DNA of 64,000 nucleotides from assembly GCA_016929065.1 (NCBI GenBank), contig JAFGJO010000009.1, positions 106,730 to 170,729 of the forward strand. Direction: 5' to 3'. Shown one piece after another: positions 54,465-63,490 of this stretch (within the stretch, counting starts at the first letter, position 1; the number at the start of each line of letters is the position of its first letter). The notes under the pieces are model-generated. The model ran no database searches and had not been told where the DNA came from. It saw only the letters and a list, made by a program, of their open reading frames with translations. The translations under genes were made by a program, and so were the position numbers. Source of the stretch: Spirochaetales bacterium. GTDB lineage: Bacteria > Spirochaetota > Spirochaetia > SZUA-6 > RPPD01.

Positions 54465-55685
54465 ATGCAGAAAATAAAAATCAGTATTGTCTATCCGGCT
54501 GATATTCTGGGTGAGAAAGCGGGGGGGATTGAAACATTCCTCAAGGGATTTATCAAATACTCACCGAATGATTTTCAGATTCGATTTGTGGGGATAACCT
54601 CGGAGCGTTTCCGGACAGTCCTCAAGGAAACAACAGGGCAATTCGGGAATAGACAATTTTTATTTTTTCCGCTCTTTCATGAGAGGGATGAAAATAAAAA
54701 ACGCATTATTCCATTATCACTTCGGTTTTTTGTTTCCCTGCTTTTTCACTCGCCCCGGATGCCGGGGAATATATTGCTGTTTAACCGGCCGGAACCAATA
54801 TTGGCATACCTTGGAAAAAAAATACCAAAAATCGGTTTCATACACACCGATGCGGAAAGACATCTTGAGAAAAAGGAAAGTGAGGTACTCTGGGCATGTT
54901 TTCCCGGACTGTATTTTGCTTTCATTTCATTCGTCTTCAAATATTTGACAAGGGTGTATACTGTAAACAGGAATACGCTGGCTTTTTTTAAAAAACATTT
55001 TCACCATATGTCAGAGAAATTTACATTTATGCCGACATGGTTTGACCCCGATATTTTTTATCCGGACCCCGGGAATAAAATTACCCTTCGGAAAAAAATC
55101 ATGGATACCGGGGCTGCTGTTTTTGAGGATAAATGGATGCTGTTTGTCGGGCGATTTCAAAAAGTGAAAGCGCCGTTAAAAATTATTTCGGCATTCAATG
55201 AATATTTGAAAACAAACAGCAGGGTTTCTCTGATTATGATTGGAGAAGGCAACCTGAGAAGGGAATCCGGGGAATTGGCAGAAAAACTGCAGATTTTGCA
55301 TAAAGTATTCTTTTTGAAAAATGTCAGCCAAAATCAACTGGCTGATTTTTACCGGGCGAGTGACCTTCTTGTTCTGGCCAGCCATTTTGAAGGAATGCCG
55401 CGATGTGTTCTTGAAGCCCTTGGAAGCGGAATACCTGTTGTGACAACACCAGTGGGAGAAGTAAAACAGATTGTGATAAATGATTTTTCCGGAGAGGTGA
55501 CTGCTGATTTTCATGAGGACAGTATCGTGAAAGCAATAAAAAAAATATGTGATCATCCTGAAAAATACAGTTCCAACAATTGCATAACAGCAGTATCTGT
55601 ATTTACTCCGCAAAAGGTGTTGAAACCATTGTATGATGAGATATATGCCCTGCATAAGGATAAGGTGCAGCCCATTGAAAAATAA
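54465..55685 (+). CDS. GT4/GT1-family glycosyltransferase
   Basis: C-terminal SHFEGMPRCVLEALGSGIPVVTTPVGE motif. The ORF opens with GTG at 54450, and the ATG at 54465 (MQKIKISIVYP) is also possible. Contains a G7 run at 54521-54527. Confidence 0.85.
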   Translation: MQKIKISIVYPADILGEKAGGIETFLKGFIKYSPNDFQIRFVGITSERFRTVLKETTGQFGNRQFLFFPLFHERDENKKRIIPLSLRFFVSLLFHSPRMPGNILLFNRPEPILAYLGKKIPKIGFIHTDAERHLEKKESEVLWACFPGLYFAFISFVFKYLTRVYTVNRNTLAFFKKHFHHMSEKFTFMPTWFDPDIFYPDPGNKITLRKKIMDTGAAVFEDKWMLFVGRFQKVKAPLKIISAFNEYLKTNSRVSLIMIGEGNLRRESGELAEKLQILHKVFFLKNVSQNQLADFYRASDLLVLASHFEGMPRCVLEALGSGIPVVTTPVGEVKQIVINDFSGEVTADFHEDSIVKAIKKICDHPEKYSSNNCITAVSVFTPQKVLKPLYDEIYALHKDKVQPIEK

Positions 55686-56424
55686 AATTAATGTGTTAAA
55701 GGTGGGGATCACTCCCTGTTCATATACAGAAATTGCAAAGACAATTGCCGGGGCAATAAAAACAGGAACAACCATTCATATCGTCACCGCGAATGCTGCA
55801 ATGATCACTGCTGCATGGAAAGACCGGCAGCTTTCCCGGTGCCTTGATGAAGCAGAAATGGTCACTGCCGACGGAATGTCTGTGGTCTGGGCAATCAGAT
55901 TCCTTGGAAACAAAGCTATCGACAGGGTTACCGGAATAGATGCGGCATATAAAATATTCAAACAGGCTGAAAAGCTGGGACACCGGATATTCCTGCTGGG
56001 AGCTGCACAGGAAGTGCTGATGAGTGCAGTAAAAGTGATCCAGAAACAATTCCCGGCGCTTATATTGGCCGGATTTCATCATGGTTATTTTAAAAGTGAC
56101 ACTGTTATGGTATCTATTATTAAAAAGGTCCGGCCTGATATTCTGCTTGTGGGGATGGGGTTTTCGATGCAGGAGAAATGGATATATAACAACAAAACCA
56201 GTCTGGATATTCCTGTTATTATGGGCGTCGGCGGTACTTTTGATGTTATCAGCGGAGAAATTCCTCGTGCTCCGGTATGGATGCAAAAAACCGGACTGGA
56301 GTGGCTGTTCCGGCTGCTGCAGGAACCTCAGCGCTTATGGAAAAGATATCTGGTCAGCAATACAATGTTCATTTACAATGTACTTAAAATGAAACTGTCA
56401 GGAAAAGGCAAATGGATACAGTAA
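55675..56424 (+). CDS. WecB/TagA/CpsF-family (GT26) glycosyltransferase, probable N-acetylmannosamine(uronic acid) transferase
   Basis: Canonical GT26 pattern: LLGAAQEVLMSAVKVIQKQFPALILAGFHHGYF, DILLVGMGFSMQEKW, and C-terminal APVWMQKTGLEWLFRLLQEPQRLWKRY. Start is ambiguous (ATG 55633/55645, TTG 55675, GTG 55693). Confidence 0.8.
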   Translation: MKNKINVLKVGITPCSYTEIAKTIAGAIKTGTTIHIVTANAAMITAAWKDRQLSRCLDEAEMVTADGMSVVWAIRFLGNKAIDRVTGIDAAYKIFKQAEKLGHRIFLLGAAQEVLMSAVKVIQKQFPALILAGFHHGYFKSDTVMVSIIKKVRPDILLVGMGFSMQEKWIYNNKTSLDIPVIMGVGGTFDVISGEIPRAPVWMQKTGLEWLFRLLQEPQRLWKRYLVSNTMFIYNVLKMKLSGKGKWIQ

Positions 56425-57554
56425 AATACAAAAATATAATGATTGTTTTTGGAACCAGGCCTGAACTCATTAAAATGGCGCCGATCATCAAGAAACTTGA
56501 AGCATATAAAAAAAGTCTGAAAACTGTTGTTGTTTCCACCGGTCAGCATCTGGAAATGATTGATAAAATAATACAACTTTTTAAGATCCATATTGATTAT
56601 GATCTCAAGATCATGAAACCTGCCCAGACGCTCTTTGACATTGTTTCTGTTTGTATCAAAAAATTCAAAAGACTGCTTGAAACTGTCAGACCGGATCTGG
56701 TGCTGGTTCAGGGGGATACCACAACTGCGTTTGTTGCCGCCCTCTCTGCATATTTTTACAAGATACCGGTTGGTCATGTTGAGGCAGGCCTTCGTACCGA
56801 TAACAAATACAGTCCCTTCCCGGAAGAGATCAACAGAAAGCTGATTACCGGGATTGCCGATATTCACTTTGCGCCGACAAAGACTTCCTGCCGCAATCTG
56901 GTACGGGAAAATGTTGATAGAGCACGGATTCTGGTCACCGGAAATACGGTGATCGATGCACTACTGATGGTTCGGGAAAAGGTGCGCGCAGAAACAAATA
57001 TTTACAAAGAATTTAAAGGAATTGATTTTGAAAAAAAAATTATCCTCGTGACTGCACACCGAAGGGAGAGTTTTGGAAAACCGTTTGAGAATATGTGTGC
57101 GGCAATTGCAGAACTGGCTGAAAGAAATCCGGAAATACAGTTTGTATATCCGGTACATCTGAATCCGAATGTGCAGTCAGTGGTAAACAAGCGCTTGAAA
57201 AACAAGCCAAATATCCATCTTATTTCTCCTCTGGATTATAACTGGTTTGTATTCCTGATGGATATGAGTTTTATCGTTTTGACTGATTCCGGAGGAGTGC
57301 AGGAAGAAGCCCCCTCATTGGGAAAGCCTGTTTTGGTGATGCGGGACACGACCGAAAGGCCGGAATGTATAAAAGCGGGTGTTGCCAAACTGGTGGGTAC
57401 AGACATGAAAACGATTGTGAAAGAAGTACAGCAGCTTCTTGATCATAAAACTGCATATGCAAAGATGAGTAAAAAAAGCAATCCATACGGCGACGGAAAA
57501 GCATCGGACCGAATTGCCGGGTATCTTTTGGGAGTAAAAACAAAAGAGTTTTAG
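56412..57554 (+). CDS. wecB: UDP-N-acetylglucosamine 2-epimerase (non-hydrolysing)
   Basis: 380 aa. IMIVFGTRPELIKMAPI, VQGDTTT, HVEAGLRT, DSGGVQEEAPSLGKPVLVMRDTTERPE. 13-nt overlap with the GT26 gene. Confidence 0.9.
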   Translation: MDTVKYKNIMIVFGTRPELIKMAPIIKKLEAYKKSLKTVVVSTGQHLEMIDKIIQLFKIHIDYDLKIMKPAQTLFDIVSVCIKKFKRLLETVRPDLVLVQGDTTTAFVAALSAYFYKIPVGHVEAGLRTDNKYSPFPEEINRKLITGIADIHFAPTKTSCRNLVRENVDRARILVTGNTVIDALLMVREKVRAETNIYKEFKGIDFEKKIILVTAHRRESFGKPFENMCAAIAELAERNPEIQFVYPVHLNPNVQSVVNKRLKNKPNIHLISPLDYNWFVFLMDMSFIVLTDSGGVQEEAPSLGKPVLVMRDTTERPECIKAGVAKLVGTDMKTIVKEVQQLLDHKTAYAKMSKKSNPYGDGKASDRIAGYLLGVKTKEF

Positions 57555-57563
57555 GTTTGCAGG

Positions 57564-58430
57564 TTAATAGCGTTTTTTATGAAATGACCGTTTGTTTTGA
57601 AATGAATAGCTCCGCAGCTCTCTCAAGCCCTTTATTTGATTTTGAATTGTTTTCGGCAGCAGGGAAAACAGTCGTTTTATAAAAGGTTTTGACGGATTCG
57701 AAAGACCGCCATTATTATATAGTGTTAAATAATCTGACTGAATTGGATATCCTTTTGCAAAACTGAAATGTTCGCTGATTTTCAAGGCATGGACCATCAT
57801 CATCACCGGCTTTTTTGAAACAAGCCCCACTCTTTTCCGGAGTTCTTTTGGGTCTGTAACAGAGTAGCATTTATTTCTTGCGGTGAGTTCCGCGCTGGGA
57901 AAACGGTGTTCAACCAATACAATTTCTTCCAGTCTCAAACCATAGGATTCCGACAGCACATTAAAAAACAGTTCCGGGCTGAACTGGTAAAATCCATGTC
58001 CCAAATGGTTGTTTGCCATGGTGAAGGCAAAGAAATTTCCTCCCTTTTTGAGAACATTCAGGCAGTTTTCCAATGCTGTCGGAAAATTGAAAATATGTTC
58101 CAATGTTCCCCCGTCAATGACGGCATCGAATGAATTGTGGTATTTTGCTGCAATTGGAATATTCATGTCATGGATCAGAGTGCTTTTTTCATAATCAGAG
58201 TAATCTATGGCGGTGACGTGTTTCGCGCCAAGAAATTGTATGAAAAAATCATTGGATGTATTCGTGTTCAGAAGGATATTTCTGTCCAATCCGAATTTCT
58301 TTGAAAGTCTGATTTTGTCTTTGTTGCGGATAAAAAATTCCAGAGCGCCCAAAGTCAGAATATGCGAAAAGGCTGCTCCATTGTAACGGGCATTGAGCAG
58401 CATGTGTAAATTTTCGTATGTTAGTCCCAT
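57564..58430 (-). CDS. Putative SAM-dependent methyltransferase
   Basis: FDAVIDGGTLEHIFNFPTALENCLNVLKKGGNFF resembles the class I methyltransferase post-II/III region. Motif I is atypical, so the call is tentative. Confidence 0.5.
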   Translation of the reverse strand: MGLTYENLHMLLNARYNGAAFSHILTLGALEFFIRNKDKIRLSKKFGLDRNILLNTNTSNDFFIQFLGAKHVTAIDYSDYEKSTLIHDMNIPIAAKYHNSFDAVIDGGTLEHIFNFPTALENCLNVLKKGGNFFAFTMANNHLGHGFYQFSPELFFNVLSESYGLRLEEIVLVEHRFPSAELTARNKCYSVTDPKELRKRVGLVSKKPVMMMVHALKISEHFSFAKGYPIQSDYLTLYNNGGLSNPSKPFIKRLFSLLPKTIQNQIKGLRELRSYSFQNKRSFHKKRY

Positions 58431-58525
58431 GGTATTTCCTGCCCGTTATTATAACTTTCGAATCTGTCCATTTCAATATAATCGCAGGATTATTATTTTG
58501 AGGAAACTGAGTATTTGTACTGGTG

Positions 58526-59107
58526 CTATACAATCTCTGCCGGCGGTGTTTCTGCATCCAGCGTGTTATAAAAGCATACCTCGGCAATTTGTTTTCGTAC
58601 CTGTGCTGCTGTTTCCTGCTTTTTATGGTTTTTGGAAAGGTCTGTATCATCTCCTGGATATCCCAGTGCAATCATGACGATGGGAATGGCTTCTTGCGGC
58701 AGATTGAATTCTTTTTTCAGGCCCGAGGCATTGAACCCGGCCATTGGATGAGCGATCATGTTTTCATGTGTTGCCTGAAGCATGAGATTTTCTGCGGCAA
58801 GCCCGCAGTCAAACAAGGCGTAGTTGCGGCCTTCGTCATACATGCAGTCTGCGCTGATTTCAGCAAAAATAGCAATCAGAACGGGCGCCTTTTTGGCCCA
58901 GTAGTTTCCCTCGGTAAGCATATTGCGCAGTTTCGCAAGTGATTCAGCCTCATTACAGATTAAAAATTTCCATGGCTGTTTGTTTGCACAGGATGGCGCA
59001 TTCGTGGCGGCATCAAGTATCCGGCGAAGAACATCGGCGGGGACGGATTCCCGGGAGAGGGCACGGCGGGCCCTGCGGTTCACAATTTCTTTAATAATTT
59101 TACTCAT
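58526..59107 (-). CDS. Nitroreductase-family flavoprotein
   Basis: 193 aa. N-terminal RRARRALS and TNAPSCANKQPW motifs typical of the NfsB/NADH-oxidase-like nitroreductase fold. Confidence 0.8.
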   Translation of the reverse strand: MSKIIKEIVNRRARRALSRESVPADVLRRILDAATNAPSCANKQPWKFLICNEAESLAKLRNMLTEGNYWAKKAPVLIAIFAEISADCMYDEGRNYALFDCGLAAENLMLQATHENMIAHPMAGFNASGLKKEFNLPQEAIPIVMIALGYPGDDTDLSKNHKKQETAAQVRKQIAEVCFYNTLDAETPPAEIV

Positions 59108-59122
59108 ACCTGCTCCTGTGTT

Positions 59123-60634
59123 TCATTCCAGGCTGGATACACAATCCTTGCCGCCTGGTTCGGGGAAAATATAGCAGACCGGAATTATTTTTCCTTCGGA
59201 ATCATGTTTCGCGGCAACTTTTTTTTGTCTGAGAACACAATTAATCACAAAACAATCACTTTCTATTGTACATCCAAATAAATACGACATTCCCTTTATT
59301 CTGACATTATTTCCAATTTGAACCGGATATTGATCATTTCCGGTGATCCGTACCTCGGTTTCAATGAGACAATCCGAGCCGATGCTCACATTGCCTTTGA
59401 TGGTGTCTCCCTGAAGAATCCGTGTATTGTTGCCAATGGAAAGTGTCTGGCCTGGAAATACGGAAATATGTGCTCCCGGGCCGATATATACACCCTTCCC
59501 CAGGAGAACGTTTCCCTCCAACAAAGCATGTTTGTCTATGTGAACACCTTCATTAAGACGGACCCCTGCTCCGATAGAGGCTCCTTCACCAACCGCGATA
59601 TCATGGGAATGGCCTTTTTTATCGAGTTCCAGGAGATGATCGACAACATCGTCAGCAATAAAAAAATCATCTTTGTCGGCAATGGCAACAATTTTGTTCA
59701 GCTTTTCCCATGTGCGGGTCCTTGCGATTGCGTGCATTTCAGCGAGTACGGCTTTGTCATTGAATCCCAGAAGTGTTTCCTCATGTTTTGCCGGTACGCC
59801 GCAGACAGAAAGCCCTGCTTCGTTGAAAAGATAGATGAGGTCGGTAAGATACATCTCAGCTTGTACATTCTCGTAACCAAGTTTTTCAATAAGTTTTACA
59901 AGATGTTTTCCCTGAAAGGCATAAAAACCCGAATTATATGCGCGTGTTTCAAGCAGTTCTTTTTTTGTAAACGAATAGGTTTTGTTTTTAAAGGTGACCA
60001 TGCAGGGGGTGGAAGGATCCATTGCAAGGATATCCTTATGCTCTGTAATCTGGATTATTTTTCCCTTGTCTGGTCCGCTTGCATTGCCATTAATATCTGT
60101 TTCCGGTACCTGCACAATGCGGCCGTAATAATTATCTTTGGAATCACCCTGGAAATTACCGACCATAACCATCATGTGGGCGCCGCTTTCGGCAAAAGCT
60201 TTTTTGAAGGCCCGCACTGTTTCAGTATCCAGAAGCCCCATGTCGCCGGGAATGACATAAATATCTCGGTCTGTTGTTTCTTTTTCCATGGAATCAAGGG
60301 CGACTTTCACTGCATGTCCTGTCCCGTTTTGTTCGGCCTGGAGTGCGAACCTGCGGCCCGGCTGTTTTCCGGCAGCTTCTGCCACATCTTTTGCCTTGAT
60401 CCCCACGATAATGATCTGGTCTGCGCTCTCCAGTCCCTGCTGTGCGGCGCGGGCAACGCGGACGACGGTCGGCAGGCCCCATATGGTGTGCAGCATTTTT
60501 GAATGATTGCTCTTTATCCTTTTCCCCTGGCCTGCTGCGAGAATTATCGCAATTGGGGAAGTTTGTTCTGTAAAGGGAGAAGACAATTCCTTTATCAGTT
60601 GAGTCAGGTTCTGGTCATTTAATTTTGTCGCCAT
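59123..60634 (-). CDS. GlmU-like bifunctional sugar-1-phosphate nucleotidyltransferase / hexapeptide-repeat acyltransferase
   Basis: N-terminal AIILAAGQGKRIKS (LAAGxGxRM-type) nucleotidyltransferase fold. C-terminal left-handed beta-helix repeats (IGAGVRLNEGVHIDKHALLEGNVLLGKGVYIGPGAHI...). At 503 aa it is longer than typical GlmU (~456 aa), with extra sequence around VPETDINGNASGPDKGK. Confidence 0.7.
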   Translation of the reverse strand: MATKLNDQNLTQLIKELSSPFTEQTSPIAIILAAGQGKRIKSNHSKMLHTIWGLPTVVRVARAAQQGLESADQIIIVGIKAKDVAEAAGKQPGRRFALQAEQNGTGHAVKVALDSMEKETTDRDIYVIPGDMGLLDTETVRAFKKAFAESGAHMMVMVGNFQGDSKDNYYGRIVQVPETDINGNASGPDKGKIIQITEHKDILAMDPSTPCMVTFKNKTYSFTKKELLETRAYNSGFYAFQGKHLVKLIEKLGYENVQAEMYLTDLIYLFNEAGLSVCGVPAKHEETLLGFNDKAVLAEMHAIARTRTWEKLNKIVAIADKDDFFIADDVVDHLLELDKKGHSHDIAVGEGASIGAGVRLNEGVHIDKHALLEGNVLLGKGVYIGPGAHISVFPGQTLSIGNNTRILQGDTIKGNVSIGSDCLIETEVRITGNDQYPVQIGNNVRIKGMSYLFGCTIESDCFVINCVLRQKKVAAKHDSEGKIIPVCYIFPEPGGKDCVSSLE

Positions 60635-60820
60635 GAAAATATTCCCGTTTGTTTATGGTATAATTATGCAGTATACCGTTCAATTCTCCCTGCTACAAGA
60701 GCGATAAACCTGTTGATGTACGGGGATGAAAAAAAATAAAAGAATTTGCACCTTGTTGTAATCCTTGGTATGATGATGTATCTGAAGAATTGTAACAAAC
60801 TACATTTCAAGGAGCGGAAT

Positions 60821-61351
60821 ATGAAAAAGCTTGTTGTCCTCCTTTGTCTTTTTGCCATGGTTGCGGTATTTTCCTGTTCAACCGCCTCAAACAAATCGAA
60901 TATCGTGGATTATCAGATTGTATTTGATAAAAAATATTATGAAGATGACAAAATAAAAGTAAATTATGTGCTGGGGTCCAGGATATTTTACCTTGCGATC
61001 GAAAATAAAACACGCAACGAAATTATTCTGGATGTGACCAGGCTTGCCCTGATTTCATACGGGGGGGAAGTGTGTCTGATTGCTCCGGATTCCAAACTAA
61101 CGGCCATTCCGCCCAGGGCAAAAGTTGTTTTTGCGTCCTCAGCACCGGCGATACTTGACTCTTTTGACCAGGGAAATGATCCGGGCAGCCGTGCCCGCGA
61201 CTGGCAGGATTACAAGCAGTTTATCGGCAAGCGGCTGCGGCTGTATTTTTCTTTGTTCGTCTTTAACACAACACAGCAGTTTGATATCGAGTTAAAGATA
61301 GTGGATATTGCTCCTGTGTCGTTTGCGGCCATCGAGCGGTATTGGGAATAA
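60821..61351 (+). CDS. Putative lipoprotein
   Basis: The ATG at 60821 follows AAGGAG. Signal peptide MKKLVVLLCLFAMVAVFSC with a lipobox. The ORF opens at 60746. Confidence 0.65.
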   Translation: MKKLVVLLCLFAMVAVFSCSTASNKSNIVDYQIVFDKKYYEDDKIKVNYVLGSRIFYLAIENKTRNEIILDVTRLALISYGGEVCLIAPDSKLTAIPPRAKVVFASSAPAILDSFDQGNDPGSRARDWQDYKQFIGKRLRLYFSLFVFNTTQQFDIELKIVDIAPVSFAAIERYWE

Positions 61352-61369
61352 CCGATTTTTATTTGAAGA

Positions 61370-62716
61370 TTATTTTCTCAGTTTTTCTTTTTCCAGCGAG
61401 GTGACATCAATAACATCGAATTTGAGAAAAGGAAAAAAAACATGATCCCTGGTGGAGAGCCAAAGATAGTTTTCCTGTACATGGTTCGGCAGTATTTTTG
61501 CCTGTGTTTGCCCGAGTTTTAATTGGGCCTGTTCCATCGTATCGTCAAAAAATATATGAAGCCATCGTTCCCTTTTAAAATCTGTAATTTCCTCATACAT
61601 CGTTTTTGATGTTGAGCGAAAGAGAGAGACCAGTGTTTTTTTAATGCTCAGCCCGGTTTGAATTATTTCGCCTTTCTGGCAGTCAAGTAAAACCAATACT
61701 GCTGCGGTATCAGTGTTTTTATTTTCCAGTACGAGCATTGTAAACTGGTTTAACCGGCCGGAAAGCATATGGTTTTCGCCGGGCGCAAATCGAATGCCGA
61801 TCGGGTCGGTGAGTAACTTTTTTTCCAGATCACGTTTCCATGACAGAGAACCGTTTTTCTGCAGGCACAGGATTGTATCCTGAAAAAACAGCAAATATGA
61901 GCCGTTGTAGGTTCCTGCCCCCGCCATGGCAACCGAATCTGTCCGCAGTTTTAACAGGGGTATTTTTAACCGGGAATCATCATTCAAATTATCTATATTC
62001 AGTATCGGGGCCTTTTCAATGTTGGTAATAAAAAAGACGAGACCGCTTTCCAGTATTGGTTTTTTGTCTTCCCCGTCAATTGTTTTTATCAATTCACCTG
62101 TATTGCGGTTTCTGACAAATACTTTGTTTGCGAACAGATATGAATATACCAGATAATCCTTTACGATGTGCACTTCGGCGGGAAAGCTGTTGGCGGCAAG
62201 CTCCTGTTCCCAGAAAAGTTCACCGGTTGATGTATCAAGACAAAACAGAATATCACGTTCCCCGTTCCGCGGTGTGTAACAGGAGAAAAGCTGGTTCTCA
62301 TGAACCAGGATTGTAAAATATTTAGGTGTGTCGCGCAGAATTTTTTTCTCAACACGCCAGAGTTCTTCACCGGTTTCCATGCTGTAGGCTGCGATACTGC
62401 TTTGAAGCCTGACAAACACACTTGATCCATTCACTGCAATGCCGTCCATGATTCCATTGCCGACAGGTTGTTCCGGAAGAATGGTACGCCAGAATACCGT
62501 TTTTTGCCTGTCGACCAGGGAGAGCTCAAACACACCGGAGAAAAAAGTGTTTATATCGCAAAGAAGGAGTGCGCGGTCTGCAGTGACCACGTGGAGTGCG
62601 CGTATATTCCCGTAGGGCACGGCGAAGTCTTTTGCAAAAAATGCAGCAACAGCTATAAACAGGACTACGAATAGAATTTTCTGGAAAGAATGGGTGGTCA
62701 CTTTTTCTTTTTTCAT
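61370..62716 (-). CDS. Secreted PQQ-like/BamB-like beta-propeller repeat protein (tentative)
   Basis: The ATG at 62716 (MKKEKVTTHSFQKILFVVLFIAVAAFFA) gives a signal anchor. Repeated G-E-[LE]-x-W segments (TGEELWRVE, TGELFWEQE, GSLSWKRD) fit the PQQ-propeller pattern. Confidence 0.5.
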   Translation of the reverse strand: MKKEKVTTHSFQKILFVVLFIAVAAFFAKDFAVPYGNIRALHVVTADRALLLCDINTFFSGVFELSLVDRQKTVFWRTILPEQPVGNGIMDGIAVNGSSVFVRLQSSIAAYSMETGEELWRVEKKILRDTPKYFTILVHENQLFSCYTPRNGERDILFCLDTSTGELFWEQELAANSFPAEVHIVKDYLVYSYLFANKVFVRNRNTGELIKTIDGEDKKPILESGLVFFITNIEKAPILNIDNLNDDSRLKIPLLKLRTDSVAMAGAGTYNGSYLLFFQDTILCLQKNGSLSWKRDLEKKLLTDPIGIRFAPGENHMLSGRLNQFTMLVLENKNTDTAAVLVLLDCQKGEIIQTGLSIKKTLVSLFRSTSKTMYEEITDFKRERWLHIFFDDTMEQAQLKLGQTQAKILPNHVQENYLWLSTRDHVFFPFLKFDVIDVTSLEKEKLRK

Positions 62717-62845
62717 AAAAACGCTCTGTTGGACAGTATAATCGGGATGCAGGTTGAAAGGCAACAAACAAGACAGGGGAAACTCCGAAAAATAAATGAA
62801 TATTTTGCTGGTATGAACTATATTAAAAACCAGGAGGAGTGATAT

Positions 62846-63361
62846 ATGAACCATTTGCATAAACCTGTTTTTCCGATTATATGTTTCTGTTTTATTGCTG
62901 TTTTATCCGCATGCGCCCAGACAGAAGTGCTGGAATCGCCGGATTATTTCCGTAACGAAGCGGACTGGTTTTTTATCGGGATGAAACCCGAATCAAAGAT
63001 ACTGGAGATCCGGGCTTCTGACCTGTCCGAACTGGAAAAGGAAGACATGAGCAAATTTACCAAACTGGAGACAGTGGTCATTACGTTTACCGCAGCGCCG
63101 GATGCCCCGTTTGCAGAGAAGCAAACGATCGTTGCGATGGTGAAAAAGAATCTGGCATATCTTGTCCGGTTAAAGGATTGCCCGGCCTTGAAAAACGTCG
63201 CTCTGCAGGTGGGGGAGAGGTTGTTTCTGAAAGAATCAGAGAAATTTACAGAAGAAGAGGCTGTAAAACAGAACCTTGCCCGGGCGGGCAGAGAGTTTGC
63301 AGATACCATAAAGGGGATCCTGCCAAAGGCCACTATCTATGCCCATAATTGGGGCTGGTGA
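62846..63361 (+). CDS. Putative lipoprotein
   Basis: 171 aa. Signal peptide with lipobox LSAC. No family recognised. Confidence 0.6.
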   Translation: MNHLHKPVFPIICFCFIAVLSACAQTEVLESPDYFRNEADWFFIGMKPESKILEIRASDLSELEKEDMSKFTKLETVVITFTAAPDAPFAEKQTIVAMVKKNLAYLVRLKDCPALKNVALQVGERLFLKESEKFTEEEAVKQNLARAGREFADTIKGILPKATIYAHNWGW

Positions 63362-63490
63362 TGCAGGGAAATAGCGAGCCTTGACCGCTGGCTATAATTA
63401 TTTTATCATTAAACGAATCTGCGTTCTGAGGTATCAATTTAACAGAATATAAGAAATCCCGGTTACAGTGCCCGGGAAGGAGAAGGAACC

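Noticed and set aside
54521-54527. G7 run near the 5-prime end of the GT4 glycosyltransferase, a possible coding-region phase-variation tract.
   Set aside because: G7 runs also occur in housekeeping rsmE (8396-8402) and in the lipoprotein gene (61067-61073). A length of 7 is therefore not exceptional here and is at the low end for slippage. Only the G9 tract at 47111 stands out.
55176-56867. Minus-strand ORFs of 164-199 aa (55176-55775, 55720-56286, 56373-56867) opposite the GT4, GT26 and wecB genes. The same applies to 14387-14986 (minus), 27006-27521 (plus) and 40607-41116 (minus).
   Set aside because: These are shadow ORFs antisense to motif-supported genes, with no family signatures or ribosome-binding sites.
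59318-60502. 394-aa ORF on the plus strand opposite the GlmU-like gene.
   Set aside because: It has no recognisable motifs and a Cys/Phe/Ile-rich composition. It lies entirely antisense to a gene with clear nucleotidyltransferase and hexapeptide-repeat motifs, which is a typical shadow ORF.
62717-62860. 48-codon N-terminal extension of the beta-propeller ORF, overlapping the divergent lipoprotein gene at 62846.
   Set aside because: The internal ATG at 62716 gives a normal MKKEK…signal-anchor N-terminus. The extension is hydrophobic junk overlapping the neighbouring gene. Similar trimming was applied at 27473-27589, 29079-29099, 29816-29857, 51506-51538 and 60746-60820.
63381-63398. TTGACC and TATAAT hexamers upstream of the discoidin-like gene.
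   Set aside because: The spacer is only 6 nt, so the two cannot work together as a -35/-10 pair. The TATAAT alone, without a suitable -35 or TG extension, is not enough to call a promoter.
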